From positions 1,500,001-1,532,000 of the forward strand of contig NZ_LT906458.1 of the NCBI RefSeq assembly GCF_900187275.1: 32,000 nucleotides of DNA. Reading direction: 5' to 3'. The notes below the pieces were generated by a model. It was not told the origin of the DNA, did not search any database, and was given only the letters and a program-made list of their open reading frames with translations. The translations under genes were made by a program, and so were the position numbers. Positions 9,119-22,473 of the stretch are shown in pieces; the first letter of the stretch is position 1; every line of letters begins with the position of its first letter. This stretch comes from Pasteurella multocida (GTDB lineage Bacteria; Pseudomonadota; Gammaproteobacteria; Enterobacterales; Pasteurellaceae).

Positions 9119-9790
9119 CTAGGCTGACACAATTTCCAATAATTGATCAAAACGATCAATACTGTACGTTGGCTGAATATCACTGTGATTTTCACGATCA
9201 TAATGCAACCAACAGGTATCTAAATTCGCATTATGCCCGCCTAAAATATCCGAATCTAAATTATCCCCCACCATTAACACTTGGCGACGATCTGTCACTT
9301 TTGCTAAGGCTAAACTGTGTTCAAAAATCCGAGGATCCGGTTTTGCGATCCCCACTTCTTCCGAAATGGTGACAAATTGAAACCAATCACTTAAGCCTGT
9401 TTTTTCTAAACGCAATTTCTGTAATGTCGTAAACCCATTGGTGATGATGCCTAAATTCACTTGTTCTTTTAACACGGTTAAGGTTTCCACTACGTTTTCC
9501 AACGGTTTACAAATGTCTGCCATTGCGATTAAGTAATGATCGTTCAGCTCTACTGGATTTTTATTTAAACGCTTCGCCCAACTAGCAAAACGGGTGACCT
9601 GTAATTGTTCTGCGCTAATTTCAGCCTGTTGATATTGTACCCAAAGTGGCTTATTCACACGTTGAAATTCTGTAAAATCACTTTGTTGAAAATCAACACC
9701 ATAATCTGAAAACAATTTCTGCAATCCTGCAAAAGCATCAAATGAAAACAAGGTTTCATCTGCATCAAAAAAAATCCATTGATATTTCAT
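9119..9790 (-). CDS. yjjG: HAD-superfamily pyrimidine 5'-nucleotidase YjjG
   Basis: 'FFDADETLFSFDAF', 'LGIITNGFTTLQKLRLEKTGL', 'GIAKPDPRIFEHSL', 'MVGDNLDSDILGG'. Confidence 0.93.
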   Translation of the reverse strand: MKYQWIFFDADETLFSFDAFAGLQKLFSDYGVDFQQSDFTEFQRVNKPLWVQYQQAEISAEQLQVTRFASWAKRLNKNPVELNDHYLIAMADICKPLENVVETLTVLKEQVNLGIITNGFTTLQKLRLEKTGLSDWFQFVTISEEVGIAKPDPRIFEHSLALAKVTDRRQVLMVGDNLDSDILGGHNANLDTCWLHYDRENHSDIQPTYSIDRFDQLLEIVSA

Positions 9791-10728
9791 TAGTTCATAA
9801 CTCCGTCTATTTTCATGCGTAACGCCTGTCCATCATGACAGGTTTTAATGAGCTGAAAGAGCGCATCGGCTTGTGGGTATGCTTTTTTAAGATAACCTAG
9901 CCATTGTTTTATACGCGCGACATGATAAAACCCCGTATCAAATTGGTTTTCCGTATGCGCATATTGATGTAACAGGATAAGCACCTCAGCCCACGGCATT
10001 TTTGCTTGATTGAATTTCACCACTTGGCTTAAATTCGGAATATTCAAAGCGCCGCGCCCAATCATCAAATCTTGGCACCCCGTTTCAGCTAAACAGGCTT
10101 GCCCTGATTGCCAGTCCCAGATCTCACCATTGGCAATCACTGGAATAGATAAGCCTTGACGTACGTCATTAATTTTTGCCCAATTAATCCGATCAGCACG
10201 ATAACCATCCATTTTGGTTCGTCCATGGATAGTAATCTCTGTCGCACCACCTTGTTGTACCGCATCAGCGATCTCAAACGCTTGTTCTGAATTATCCCAA
10301 CCTAAACGCACTTTTACACTAACTGGCAAGTCCTTCGGTACTGCAGCACGTAGGGCTTTGGTGGCGTGATAAATCAGTTCGGGTTGTTTTAAGAGAGACG
10401 CGCCGCCATTGCTGCCATTCACCGTTTTTGACGGACAACCACAATTGAGATCAATACCATGCGAACCTAATTCAATCGCGCGCTGCGCATTTTCCGCTAA
10501 CCATTGAGGATGTTGCCCCAATAGTTGCACACGCACTGGCGTTCCCGAAGCGGTCAATCCTTGTTGATATAATTCAGGGCACAGACGATAGAATACTTTC
10601 GTGGGAAGAAGTTGATCGACCACCCGCACAAATTCAGAAACACACAAATCATACTGATTGACCTGTGTGAGAAGTTGACGAACAAAGGGGTCTAATACCC
10701 CTTGCATCGGAGCAAGAATTACGCGCAT
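9790..10728 (-). CDS. dusC: tRNA-dihydrouridine(16) synthase DusC
   Basis: 312 aa; 'LAPMQGVLD', '[15 protein letters not shown]', 'VKVRLGW', 'ITIHGRTK', 'VIANGEIWD', 'LMIGRGAL'. Confidence 0.94.
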   Translation of the reverse strand: MRVILAPMQGVLDPFVRQLLTQVNQYDLCVSEFVRVVDQLLPTKVFYRLCPELYQQGLTASGTPVRVQLLGQHPQWLAENAQRAIELGSHGIDLNCGCPSKTVNGSNGGASLLKQPELIYHATKALRAAVPKDLPVSVKVRLGWDNSEQAFEIADAVQQGGATEITIHGRTKMDGYRADRINWAKINDVRQGLSIPVIANGEIWDWQSGQACLAETGCQDLMIGRGALNIPNLSQVVKFNQAKMPWAEVLILLHQYAHTENQFDTGFYHVARIKQWLGYLKKAYPQADALFQLIKTCHDGQALRMKIDGVMN

Positions 10729-11345
10729 GTTTTATCCGTTCTCACGAGATAAAACAATGCCAACGCGCTTAACGCCCCGAATGTATCTGCCAAAATATCT
10801 TTTTGCGCATCCCACTGATCGCCCTGCGATCCTAAAAAGGCAATTCCCTCTTCACCACCAGCAATCACCGCATATTGCCACTCAATCAACTCATAGCCCG
10901 CCGCAATACTCATAATAAAAAATAGGGCAAAAAAGCCCGCTAAGATCGGACCACATAATCGACGTCGTAACAACCATTCCGCCATAGGAAAACTGTAAAA
11001 ACCAATAACATAATGTGCTACGCGATCAAAATGATTACGTCCTTCGCCTAACCAAGGGGCGAGTAGTCGATTTGCCCACTCAAAAGGCACCTGTTCAAAC
11101 GTATAGTGAGCACCAATAAGATGTAAAACCATCCATAAGCTCATTAAGAAATATGCAAGGTTGCTGAACTGAAAACGAGAATAGCTCACGACTAAAGCCA
11201 AAAAGACCAAAAAAATGGGTAATACTTCAGCATACCACACCGCCCGAGAAACAGGTTCAATGCTCGACCAAATCGCGATGACAAGCACAACGAGTGCTAA
11301 CAGCCAAGGAAATACCTGTTTGGTGGTCAAGGACATTATTTCCAC
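10719..11345 (-). CDS. DUF2238 membrane protein, YjdF-like
   Basis: 208 aa multi-TM protein with '[23 protein letters not shown]', '[15 protein letters not shown]', '[22 protein letters not shown]'. Confidence 0.88.
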   Translation of the reverse strand: MEIMSLTTKQVFPWLLALVVLVIAIWSSIEPVSRAVWYAEVLPIFLVFLALVVSYSRFQFSNLAYFLMSLWMVLHLIGAHYTFEQVPFEWANRLLAPWLGEGRNHFDRVAHYVIGFYSFPMAEWLLRRRLCGPILAGFFALFFIMSIAAGYELIEWQYAVIAGGEEGIAFLGSQGDQWDAQKDILADTFGALSALALFYLVRTDKTCA

Positions 11346-12199
11346 CCTTTGGTTTTACAAATTAAATCATACGCAGATTGAATTTGCTGCGTTTTCTCTT
11401 TTGCCATCTCTAACATTTCTTTTGGTAAGCCTTTCGCCACTAATTTATCAGGATGATTTTCATTCATCAGACGGCGATAAGCCCGCTTCACGGTTTGTTG
11501 ATCATCCGTAGCAGATACACCGAGCACCTTATACGCGTCGTCAACTGTTGGACCTGACTGTTGTTGATAACCACCATATTGTTGCTGATGCTGTTGATAG
11601 CCATAATCACGTTGATAACGATTTTGCTGTTGGTAACCTGCACGAGAAAACTGGCGTGCTGCAAATTCCATCGCTAACATTTGTTCAAATTGAAAACGAG
11701 AAAGTCCTAATTCTTCTCCCACAATATACAGTACGTCTTTTTCGCTTTGATCGAGTTGAGCATCGGCGAAAGCCGCTTGAACTTGAACATGTAAAAACAT
11801 CCGTAACAAATCAGCGCGTTGTCCACAGCCTAAACGAAACTCGCGAATCACTTGGCGCAAAGGGAAATCCGCTGCCTTACCGCGTGTAAAGGCTTCTTGT
11901 GCCAAACGGCGATTGGCGTCATCTAACTGCATTTGTTGCATTAAATGACTGGCTAATTGAATATCATCTTCAGTGACTCGCCCTTTCGCTTTGCTTAAAT
12001 GTCCAAGCACCGCAAAAGTGGTTTGCATAAATAGCGATTGACGGGTGATTTTACTTTTAAAGAAACTGGAATTGACCGTCCCTAATTCATACAGCTTTTT
12101 ATCACCAAGGTGCCCTAAAATCACACCACAAATCGCGCCAAAAAAGCCACCTAACTTCCAACCAATAATCAAGCCTAAAAACTTACCAATAAAATTCAT
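11336..12199 (-). CDS. djlA: Co-chaperone DjlA (TerB-like domain plus C-terminal J domain)
   Basis: N-terminal TM 'IIGWKLGGFFGAICGVILGHLGDK'; C-terminal J domain with 'NENHPDKLVAKGLP' (HPD motif). Confidence 0.95.
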   Translation of the reverse strand: MNFIGKFLGLIIGWKLGGFFGAICGVILGHLGDKKLYELGTVNSSFFKSKITRQSLFMQTTFAVLGHLSKAKGRVTEDDIQLASHLMQQMQLDDANRRLAQEAFTRGKAADFPLRQVIREFRLGCGQRADLLRMFLHVQVQAAFADAQLDQSEKDVLYIVGEELGLSRFQFEQMLAMEFAARQFSRAGYQQQNRYQRDYGYQQHQQQYGGYQQQSGPTVDDAYKVLGVSATDDQQTVKRAYRRLMNENHPDKLVAKGLPKEMLEMAKEKTQQIQSAYDLICKTKGWK

Positions 12200-12290
12200 T
12201 CTTCCCCTCCGAAAGCGCCAAAGTGCGGTTGTTCATTATACAATATCGTCCTATTCTGAATATTTTCTTAAAACCCACCGCACTTTTATC

Positions 12291-12935
12291 TTACTTCACG
12301 CCATATTGCTCACGATAAGCACGCATTGCTGGTAAATATTGTTGATATTCTGGTGCTTGCTCAATGAAAGTCATCAAATCATCAAAATTCACAATCGACA
12401 ACACTTGGCATTGATAATCACGTTCCACTTCTTGAATCGCAGACAATTCACCTTTGCCTTTTTCTTGACGATTTAACGCGATCATCACGGCACTGAGTTC
12501 CGCTTGATTTTGTGCAATTAAGGTCATGGATTCACGAATGGCGGTCCCCGCAGTAATCACATCATCGACCAATAAAATTTTTCCACTTAAACCATAGCCA
12601 ATGAGCTGCCCCCCTTCACCGTGATCTTTGGCTTCTTTACGGTTAAAGCAAACGGGTTTATCAATTTGAAAATGATTAAATAATGCCACAGAAACCGTCG
12701 TGGCAATCGGCAGCCCTTTATAAGCCGGACCAAAAATCACATCATATTCAACACCACTGGCTTGAATCGCTTTGGCATAGAATTCCCCTAAACGAGCGAG
12801 ATCTGCTCCCGTATTAAATAACCCTGCATTAAAAAAGTACGGGCTGATACGACCGGATTTCAGGGTGAATTCACCAAATTTTAACACCTGACGGCTCAGG
12901 GCAAATTGAATAAATTCCGATTTATAGGCTTCCAT
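12291..12935 (-). CDS. pyrE: Orotate phosphoribosyltransferase
   Basis: 214 aa; PRPP motif '[14 protein letters not shown]', '[18 protein letters not shown]', '[16 protein letters not shown]'. Confidence 0.97.
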   Translation of the reverse strand: MEAYKSEFIQFALSRQVLKFGEFTLKSGRISPYFFNAGLFNTGADLARLGEFYAKAIQASGVEYDVIFGPAYKGLPIATTVSVALFNHFQIDKPVCFNRKEAKDHGEGGQLIGYGLSGKILLVDDVITAGTAIRESMTLIAQNQAELSAVMIALNRQEKGKGELSAIQEVERDYQCQVLSIVNFDDLMTFIEQAPEYQQYLPAMRAYREQYGVK

Positions 12936-12950
12936 GATCCGCTCTCCTTC

Positions 12951-13667
12951 CTACTTGGCTAGCGCCTGACGTTGCACATCGAAAATAAGCTGACAACCTT
13001 CTTTAGCTAAGGCTAACAAAGTCAATAATTCTTCATGACTGAATGGTTCTCCTTCTGCTGTCCCCTGTACTTCAATCATTCGCCCATCTTCCATCATCAC
13101 GACATTCATATCCGTTTCTGCCGCAGAATCTTCGACATATTCCAAATCACAAACCGGCACGCCCTCAACAATCCCGACGGAAATCGCCGCCACTAAACTT
13201 TTAATAGGATTTACTTTTAAGGTGCCATTTTCCACTAAACCATGAATCGCATCACATAAGGCTACGCAAGCACCAGTAATCGATGCTGTGCGTGTTCCCC
13301 CATCTGCTTGAATCACATCACAATCCAATGTAATCGAGCGTTCGCCTAAGGCTTCTAAATCGACCATTGCCCGCAATGAGCGCGCAATTAAACGCTGAAT
13401 TTCAAGTGTGCGTCCGCCTTGTTTACCCTTTGCCGCCTCACGTTGCATACGGCTATGAGTTGAACGTGGCAACATCCCATATTCCGCCGTTACCCACCCT
13501 TGATTTTGACCTTTCAAAAAGCGAGGCACCGACTCTTCCACCGTCGCTGTACAGAGTACTTTCGTGTCTCCAAACTCAACCAACACTGAGCCTTCCGCAT
13601 GTTTTGTATAATGACGAGTAATTTTGATCGGGCGGGGCTGATTATTTGCACGTTCATTTGGACGCAT
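12951..13667 (-). CDS. rph: Ribonuclease PH
   Basis: 238 aa; '[41 protein letters not shown]', '[15 protein letters not shown]', '[19 protein letters not shown]'. Confidence 0.97.
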   Translation of the reverse strand: MRPNERANNQPRPIKITRHYTKHAEGSVLVEFGDTKVLCTATVEESVPRFLKGQNQGWVTAEYGMLPRSTHSRMQREAAKGKQGGRTLEIQRLIARSLRAMVDLEALGERSITLDCDVIQADGGTRTASITGACVALCDAIHGLVENGTLKVNPIKSLVAAISVGIVEGVPVCDLEYVEDSAAETDMNVVMMEDGRMIEVQGTAEGEPFSHEELLTLLALAKEGCQLIFDVQRQALAK

Positions 13668-13802
13668 AGTTTATTCCTTATTGTTCTTTCTTCATGATAA
13701 AAAAATTCGCAGTATTTTAGCACGCAAACTGACAGAAACGAAATTTACCAGTACAATAGTTCTGTTAAACACGACCTCTTTTTATCACATTAAGGAACTC
13801 AC

Positions 13803-14666
13803 ATGATTTATAGTATGACCGCTTTTGCACGCCTCGAAATCAAACAGGATTGGGGTGATGCCGTGTGGGAAATTCGCTCAGTTAACCAGCGCTATTTAGA
13901 AACCTTTTTCCGCTTGCCTGAGCAATTTCGTGGTTTAGAAAATACCTTGCGAGAAAAACTGCGTCAAAAACTGACGCGTGGCAAAATTGAATGCACATTG
14001 CGTATTGATAATAAAAAACAAGCTGCCACAGAAATCCATTTAAACAAAGCCTTTGCATTACAAGTGATACAGTCATTACAGTGGATCAAACAACAAGCCG
14101 GGGAAGGCGAGATTCACTTAAATGACGTGTTGCGCTATCCGGGCGTCGTTGAAGTACCAGAACAAGATCTGGATTTGATTAGCCAACAATTACTCAGCGC
14201 GTTTGACAGCTTATTAACCGAGTTTATTGCAATGCGAGCAAGAGAGGGCGAAAAACTCAACACACTCCTTCAACAACGTTTAGATGCCGTTGAAGTTGAA
14301 GCCAATAAAGTGCGGTCAAAAATGCCGGAAATTTTACAATGGCAACGAGATCGTTTATTACAGCGCTTTGACGAAATCCATTTACAAGTGGATCCCCAAC
14401 GTGTTGAGCAGGAAATGGTGTTATTAGCTCAACGGGTTGATGTCGCTGAAGAACTCGATCGTCTGCAATTACACGTCAAAGAAACCAAAGCCATTTTACA
14501 AAAAGGCGGTGCGGTTGGCAGAAAATTGGATTTTATGATGCAAGAACTTAACCGTGAATCAAATACGCTCGCGTCCAAATCTATCAGTACTGAAGTCACC
14601 AATTCTGCGGTTGAACTGAAAGTCCTTATCGAACAAATGCGTGAGCAAATTCAAAACTTAGAGTAA
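13803..14666 (+). CDS. yicC: YicC family endoribonuclease
   Basis: 287 aa; 'MIYSMTAFARLE', 'WEIRSVNQRYLE', C-terminus 'VGRKLDFMMQELNRESNTLASKS'. Confidence 0.95.
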   Translation: MIYSMTAFARLEIKQDWGDAVWEIRSVNQRYLETFFRLPEQFRGLENTLREKLRQKLTRGKIECTLRIDNKKQAATEIHLNKAFALQVIQSLQWIKQQAGEGEIHLNDVLRYPGVVEVPEQDLDLISQQLLSAFDSLLTEFIAMRAREGEKLNTLLQQRLDAVEVEANKVRSKMPEILQWQRDRLLQRFDEIHLQVDPQRVEQEMVLLAQRVDVAEELDRLQLHVKETKAILQKGGAVGRKLDFMMQELNRESNTLASKSISTEVTNSAVELKVLIEQMREQIQNLE

Positions 14667-14677
14667 GGGAAAAGGAC

Positions 14678-15562
14678 ATGACTTATTCATTATTAACGGA
14701 AACCCAAGCACATGTGGTTTGCGATCTACAACAATACACGCTACTTGAAATCCAAGGCGAAGATGCCGAAAAATATTTACAAGGTCAGCTCACTTGTGAC
14801 GTTAACAAATTAGCGGTAGGAGAATCTACTCTTGCAGCCCATTGTGATGCAAAAGGAAAAATCAATTCGCTTTTTCGCTTAATTCGTACGGCTCCGCAGA
14901 CGTTCTACTTATTGGTCAAAAAAGGGTTGTTGCCAACGGCGCTTGACCAATTGAAAAAATATGCGGTTTTTTCTAAAGTGACTTTTACCCCATGTGATTG
15001 GCAAATTATTGGCTTAGCTGGAGAGAAAATCATCAATGCCTGCGATGAAATCGACGCACAAATACGTGTAACCTTATCCAGTCAACAACCACGTGTCATT
15101 TTAATCCACCCAACAGCATTAGATTTGCAAGCCAATGCTAGCCATGTGGTATGGGATTTATTGGACATTCAAGATGGCATCCCTTTATTAAGCCCTGAAA
15201 CGCAAGCGGAGTTTATTCCACAAGCATTAAACTTACAATGTTTAGAACACGCTATTTCATTCCAAAAAGGTTGTTATATTGGACAAGAAATTGTCGCCAG
15301 AGCAAAATACCGTGGTGCGAATAAACGCGCGATGTTTACTTTTGTAGCTCAAAGTCAAGAAATGCCAAATATCAAAAGTGAAGTTGAAATGCAATTGGAA
15401 AACCATTGGCGTAAAACGGGTAATATCATTAGCGCAGTGAATTTTGAGGGCACATTATGGTTACAAGTGGTGTTAAACAATCAGCTTGAAGAAGACGTCC
15501 AATTTCGTTTATCAGAACATACAGCTTTAACCCGGTTTCCTTTGCCTTATACATTAAGTTAG
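14678..15562 (+). CDS. ygfZ: Folate-binding tRNA-modifying protein YgfZ
   Basis: 'EGEDAEKYLQGQLTCDVN' and the signature 'KGCYIGQEIVARAKYRGANKR'. Confidence 0.93.
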   Translation: MTYSLLTETQAHVVCDLQQYTLLEIQGEDAEKYLQGQLTCDVNKLAVGESTLAAHCDAKGKINSLFRLIRTAPQTFYLLVKKGLLPTALDQLKKYAVFSKVTFTPCDWQIIGLAGEKIINACDEIDAQIRVTLSSQQPRVILIHPTALDLQANASHVVWDLLDIQDGIPLLSPETQAEFIPQALNLQCLEHAISFQKGCYIGQEIVARAKYRGANKRAMFTFVAQSQEMPNIKSEVEMQLENHWRKTGNIISAVNFEGTLWLQVVLNNQLEEDVQFRLSEHTALTRFPLPYTLS

Positions 15563-15577
15563 TTAACATTCAGGCAC

Positions 15578-15607
15578 AAAAAAGCAGATCATATGATCTG
15601 CTTTTTT
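15578..15607. terminator. Bidirectional rho-independent terminator between ygfZ and brnQ
   Basis: Perfect 30-nt palindrome AAAAAAGCAGATCAT/ATGATCTGCTTTTTT between convergent genes. Confidence 0.95.
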
Positions 15608-15623
15608 AATACCCACAATAAAC

Positions 15624-16940
15624 TTAATGTGCTTTCACTTTCATTTGCGCTTGTGCTTTTACAATGATTAAGCCGATGAAACAACCAAATAATGCCACCG
15701 GTAACCATTCCATTGAGTATGCTTTAAATGGTAAGCCTGCTACAACCTCAGCGCCCATGACGGATAAGATGGACACAATCGCCACCAACACTAATGGGAT
15801 GCCTTTTGCTAATTTTGGTAATGGCATGACCAAATTAACTAACAATAATAACATCGCTGTCATTGAGATTGGATAAAGGACTAATAACACAGGCACAGAC
15901 TTACTAATCACGGCATTTAACCCTTGGTTCGCCAAACCAAATCCAATCAAGGTAAATAAAATGGCATAGTTACGATAAGAAATGACAGGGAAAATACTGT
16001 TAAAGTAAGAAGAGGTTGCCACCACTAAACCAATCGCTGTTGTTAAACAAGCTAATGTCACAATTAAGCCCAGTAAGCTACGTCCTAACTCACCAAACGA
16101 TTGTGTCGTCGCATCATTTAAAATAAATACGCCTAAATTTTGACCTTTGCTCGCAACATCTGCAACAGTTTCCGCACTCAACGGGATATTGTTGCCAATC
16201 CAACCAATCGCAATATAAATAAAGGCTAAAGCAATTGCCGCAATCAGACTTGCTACAGTGGCTTGTTTAATAAAGCTGGTTTTTTTGTCACTTTTCGCAC
16301 GAATTGCGTTCATGACCACGACAGAGAAAGCAAAAGAGGCAAGCACATCCATGGTTTGATAGCCTTCGATAAAGCCAACAATTAATGGGGTTTCCATACC
16401 TGCTGAGGTATTATTGTACTCTCCGCTAATTAAAATACTCGCCATACGCACGACTAACGCAATAATTGCAACTAATAGAACAGGGGTTAAAATCGCCCCG
16501 ATACGATCCACCATTTTAGTCGGGTTTAAACTGACCCATAATGTGATCGCAAAATAAACAAAGGTAAAAGCAAATAAAGAAACGGGATCGCTGCTCCCAA
16601 TAAAAGGAATCACAGCCATATCAAAAGCTGTCGCCGCGGTACGTGGAATCGCAAAAAACGGTCCAATCGTTAAATAAATCGCACCTAACAAGAGCACAGA
16701 AATCCACGGATGAATATCTTCTAATGCTTTCTTATAGCCACCTTCATAACGAGTCGCCACTAAAATCCCTAAAAGAGGCAAACCAACGCCTGTCGTGACA
16801 AACCCAAGAATAGCTGGCCAAAAACCGACGCCACTTTCAAAACCTAATTTGGGTGGAAAAATTAAATTCCCTGCCCCAAAAAAGATGGCAAATAGCATAA
16901 AGCCAACAACAAATGTGTTTTTGTTCATAGAAAACCTCAA
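15624..16940 (-). CDS. brnQ: Branched-chain amino acid transport carrier BrnQ (start probably at 16928)
   Basis: 438 aa, 12 TM; 'FAIFFGAGNLIFPPKLGFESGVGFWPAILGFVTTGVGLPLLG'. Confidence 0.96.
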   Translation of the reverse strand: MRFSMNKNTFVVGFMLFAIFFGAGNLIFPPKLGFESGVGFWPAILGFVTTGVGLPLLGILVATRYEGGYKKALEDIHPWISVLLLGAIYLTIGPFFAIPRTAATAFDMAVIPFIGSSDPVSLFAFTFVYFAITLWVSLNPTKMVDRIGAILTPVLLVAIIALVVRMASILISGEYNNTSAGMETPLIVGFIEGYQTMDVLASFAFSVVVMNAIRAKSDKKTSFIKQATVASLIAAIALAFIYIAIGWIGNNIPLSAETVADVASKGQNLGVFILNDATTQSFGELGRSLLGLIVTLACLTTAIGLVVATSSYFNSIFPVISYRNYAILFTLIGFGLANQGLNAVISKSVPVLLVLYPISMTAMLLLLVNLVMPLPKLAKGIPLVLVAIVSILSVMGAEVVAGLPFKAYSMEWLPVALFGCFIGLIIVKAQAQMKVKAH

Positions 16941-17035
16941 ATATTAAAAAACAGAATTTTTTAGGATATTAAAAATAGAAAAACGCGACATTCTACTATA
17001 AAAAATCATCAACACCTACAAAAGTGAGGTAAATT

Positions 17036-17092
17036 ATGTCCAATTTTGCGTTTATCATCGTCATTCCAGCACATTTAATGAAAAATCGTTAA
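17036..17092 (+). other. Unannotated 18-aa micro-ORF with SD (MSNFAFIIVIPAHLMKNR)
   Basis: ATG at 17036 preceded by AGTGAGGTAAATT; stop TAA at 17090-17092; absent from the supplied ORF track. Confidence 0.35.
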
Positions 17093-17138
17093 AAATGCAC
17101 ACTTATTTTTCACATTTCGATAAAATACAGCACAATGA

Positions 17139-17167
17139 TTGAGTTAAACGCGCCTTTGCTGTAAACT
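17139..17167 (+). promoter_or_regulatory. Putative sigma70 promoter for pyrG (TTGAGT-17-TAAACT)
   Basis: TTGAGT 17139-17144, 17 nt spacer, TAAACT 17162-17167, upstream of the pyrG ATG. Confidence 0.5.
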
Positions 17168-17185
17168 ACTCTCCCGTCTTGATAA

Positions 17186-18856
<1,671 letters not shown>

Positions 18857-18871
18857 TTTTACCTATCAAGA

Positions 18872-18903
18872 AACTCAGCCCTACAACAACTTTGTAGGGC
18901 TTT
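18872..18903 (+). terminator. Rho-independent terminator after pyrG
   Basis: agCCCTACAacaactTTGTAGGGctttttt. Confidence 0.93.
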
Positions 18904-19146
18904 TTTAGTCAAAAAATATCATGTTGTTCCATTCACACTCTCCGTTTTTGATTCCATTTTTGCAAAAAAGCGACTGCTATTTCGCTCCCTCATCACTGCC
19001 AATACTATGCAAGTTCGAGCGAAACGTGTGAGGGGCTTTTTGATGCTTTCGTTTACCAAGAAAAAACTAGATGTAAATCAATTAATCGACATTTTTCACA
19101 AGACAAAGCAGATGAATTATTTTAAGATACGAACCATTCGTTTTAG

Positions 19147-20478
<1,332 letters not shown>

Positions 20479-20506
20479 TTTGCTGAGATAAAATAGTAAA
20501 AAAAAA

Positions 20507-20534
20507 GCACCGCACTTTTAACAAGTGCGGTGTT
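20507..20534. terminator. Terminator built from a convergent pair of uptake signal sequences, between eno and ruvX
   Basis: aaaaaaGCACCGCACTTttaacAAGTGCGGTGttttttt: ACCGCACTT at 20509-20517 and AAGTGCGGT at 20523-20531 form the stem, flanked by poly-A and poly-T. Confidence 0.95.
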
Positions 20535-20567
20535 TTTTTATGAATTTCTTGAAAATGATGATTTTTC

Positions 20568-20996
20568 TTACTTAACCTGTTGATTTTCAAACCAACTTTC
20601 TAAAATCAAACACGCAGATATCCCATCTACTTTACTTTTGTTTAACGCTTTATAACCACCACGTCCAAAGATTTCAGCTCGCGCTTCTGTCGTGGTCAAA
20701 CGTTCATCTTGTAATTCAACTGCCACGCCAAAACGCCCATGTAAACGATGAGCAAATTTTCTTGCCCTTACTGTGAGATCTTGCTCGGTACCATCCATAT
20801 TTAACGGTAAACCGACCACTACTCGATCTGGTTGCCATTCTGCCAAACACTTGCCGATCGCATCCCAGTTTGGGATGCCATCTTGTGCTTTAAACGCTGG
20901 CAATGCCTGAGCCGTGCCCGTAATACTTTGCCCTACCGCACAACCAATGCTTTTTGTACCAAAATCAAATGCGAGAACAGTCATCCCCATTAGCAA
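20568..20996 (-). CDS. ruvX: Holliday junction resolvase-like RuvX/YqgF
   Basis: 142 aa; '[16 protein letters not shown]', '[16 protein letters not shown]', '[11 protein letters not shown]', '[15 protein letters not shown]'. Confidence 0.96.
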   Translation of the reverse strand: MLMGMTVLAFDFGTKSIGCAVGQSITGTAQALPAFKAQDGIPNWDAIGKCLAEWQPDRVVVGLPLNMDGTEQDLTVRARKFAHRLHGRFGVAVELQDERLTTTEARAEIFGRGGYKALNKSKVDGISACLILESWFENQQVK

Positions 20997-21550
20997 TGTC
21001 CCGCTTGGTGTGCAAAATTATGATGTTGAATCCCCAACAATAAATTGGCTTCTAACCAACGATCTTCATAAGGCACATCAAATAAAATACGATTATTCGC
21101 TGGCACCACTAACCAATCATTATTGGCAATCTCGCTTTCTAATTGGTTGACAGTCCAACTTGCACAACCTAACGCCACCAAATATTTTTCAGGTGCTTGT
21201 GCCGTGCCAAACGTATCGATAATATCTGCCGAAGTCGTCAAACTGAGCTGATCAGTCACTTTGTAGCTATGTTTAAATGTTTGTGCTGTTTTAGTATGTA
21301 AAATAAAGCCTCGCTCAATATTCACCGGTCCGCCGGCTAACACTAAATCATTGCCATAAGTGCGGTCAGTTTTCATCATAAAATTCATTTTGGCGCACAA
21401 CTCTGCAATACTTAAATCCGTGGGTTGATTCAACACCAATCCCATTGTGCCTTGATCGTTGTGCTCACAAATATAAACCACCGAATGGGCAAAATAATCA
21501 TCTTCCATTTGAGGCATCGCAATTAAAAAATGATCTTGTAATTCCATCAT
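20990..21550 (-). CDS. yqgE: YqgE/AlgH family protein
   Basis: 186 aa; '[40 protein letters not shown]'. Confidence 0.95.
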   Translation of the reverse strand: MMELQDHFLIAMPQMEDDYFAHSVVYICEHNDQGTMGLVLNQPTDLSIAELCAKMNFMMKTDRTYGNDLVLAGGPVNIERGFILHTKTAQTFKHSYKVTDQLSLTTSADIIDTFGTAQAPEKYLVALGCASWTVNQLESEIANNDWLVVPANNRILFDVPYEDRWLEANLLLGIQHHNFAHQAGHC

Positions 21551-21559
21551 ATCTCTTCC

Positions 21560-22294
21560 TCAACCTAAATCACCGAAACAGATCTGCAATGCTGTAATTG
21601 CAGCTAACGAAGCTGTTTCCGTACGCAATACACGCTTTCCTAATAATACTTCAATAAAATCTTGTTGTTCTGTTTGAGCAATCTCTTGTGCGGATAAGCC
21701 CCCTTCAGAACCAATTAATAAACGTACCCCTGCGGCAGGGATGTCAGGTAGGGTACGTATTGAATATTGGGCCCTTGGATGTAAATTCAACTTCAACGCC
21801 CCGTCTTTTTCCGCACACCAATCTTGTAATTTCATCATCGGACGTATTTCTGGCACCACATTACGCCCACATTGTTCACAGGCGGCAATGGCAATTTTCT
21901 GCCATTGCTGGATTTTTTTCTCCAGACGATCTGCATCTAACTTCACCCCACAACGCTCTGACCAAAGAGGTGTAATCACATGTACTCCCAATTCAACGGA
22001 TTTCTGAATGGTGAATTCCATTCTTTCTCCTCGTGAAATCACTTGCCCAAGGTGAATTTTTAATGGACTTTCTCGATCATCCCATTGGTGTTGCAAAATA
22101 TCTACTTCAACACGTTTTTTGCTGATCTGCGTAATCTGCGCGTCATACACATGATTTGAGCCATCGAAAAGCACGAGTTTATCCCCGGCTTGCATACGTA
22201 ACACACGTCCAACATGGTTAGCCGCATCTTCACTTAATTCACAATGTTTCACGCCTTGTAATAGGACTGGGTGGTAAATTCGAGGTATTCTCAT
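21560..22294 (-). CDS. rsmE: 16S rRNA (uracil(1498)-N(3))-methyltransferase RsmE
   Basis: 244 aa; 'MRIPRIYHP', '[12 protein letters not shown]', '[15 protein letters not shown]', '[16 protein letters not shown]'. Confidence 0.96.
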   Translation of the reverse strand: MRIPRIYHPVLLQGVKHCELSEDAANHVGRVLRMQAGDKLVLFDGSNHVYDAQITQISKKRVEVDILQHQWDDRESPLKIHLGQVISRGERMEFTIQKSVELGVHVITPLWSERCGVKLDADRLEKKIQQWQKIAIAACEQCGRNVVPEIRPMMKLQDWCAEKDGALKLNLHPRAQYSIRTLPDIPAAGVRLLIGSEGGLSAQEIAQTEQQDFIEVLLGKRVLRTETASLAAITALQICFGDLG

Positions 22295-22473
22295 AACTGC
22301 AATGATTATTTTATCTTACGCGATTTGTCATATTCCTATCATAACAGAAAGGCAAGCGCTTGGTTAAACAAAAGTATGAGCTATTTTGTTTTCATTTTAA
22401 GCAAGAAAAAACAGAAATCCCCAAATATCCAGTGAAAATCTGCTAAAATAACAGGCGATTTAGTTAGCAAAAG

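Noticed and set aside
13367-13621. Plus-strand ORF antisense to rph
   Set aside because: Compositional shadow of the rph coding strand; no domain.
21688-22007. Plus-strand ORFs antisense to rsmE
   Set aside because: Overlap a well-supported rsmE; likely spurious.
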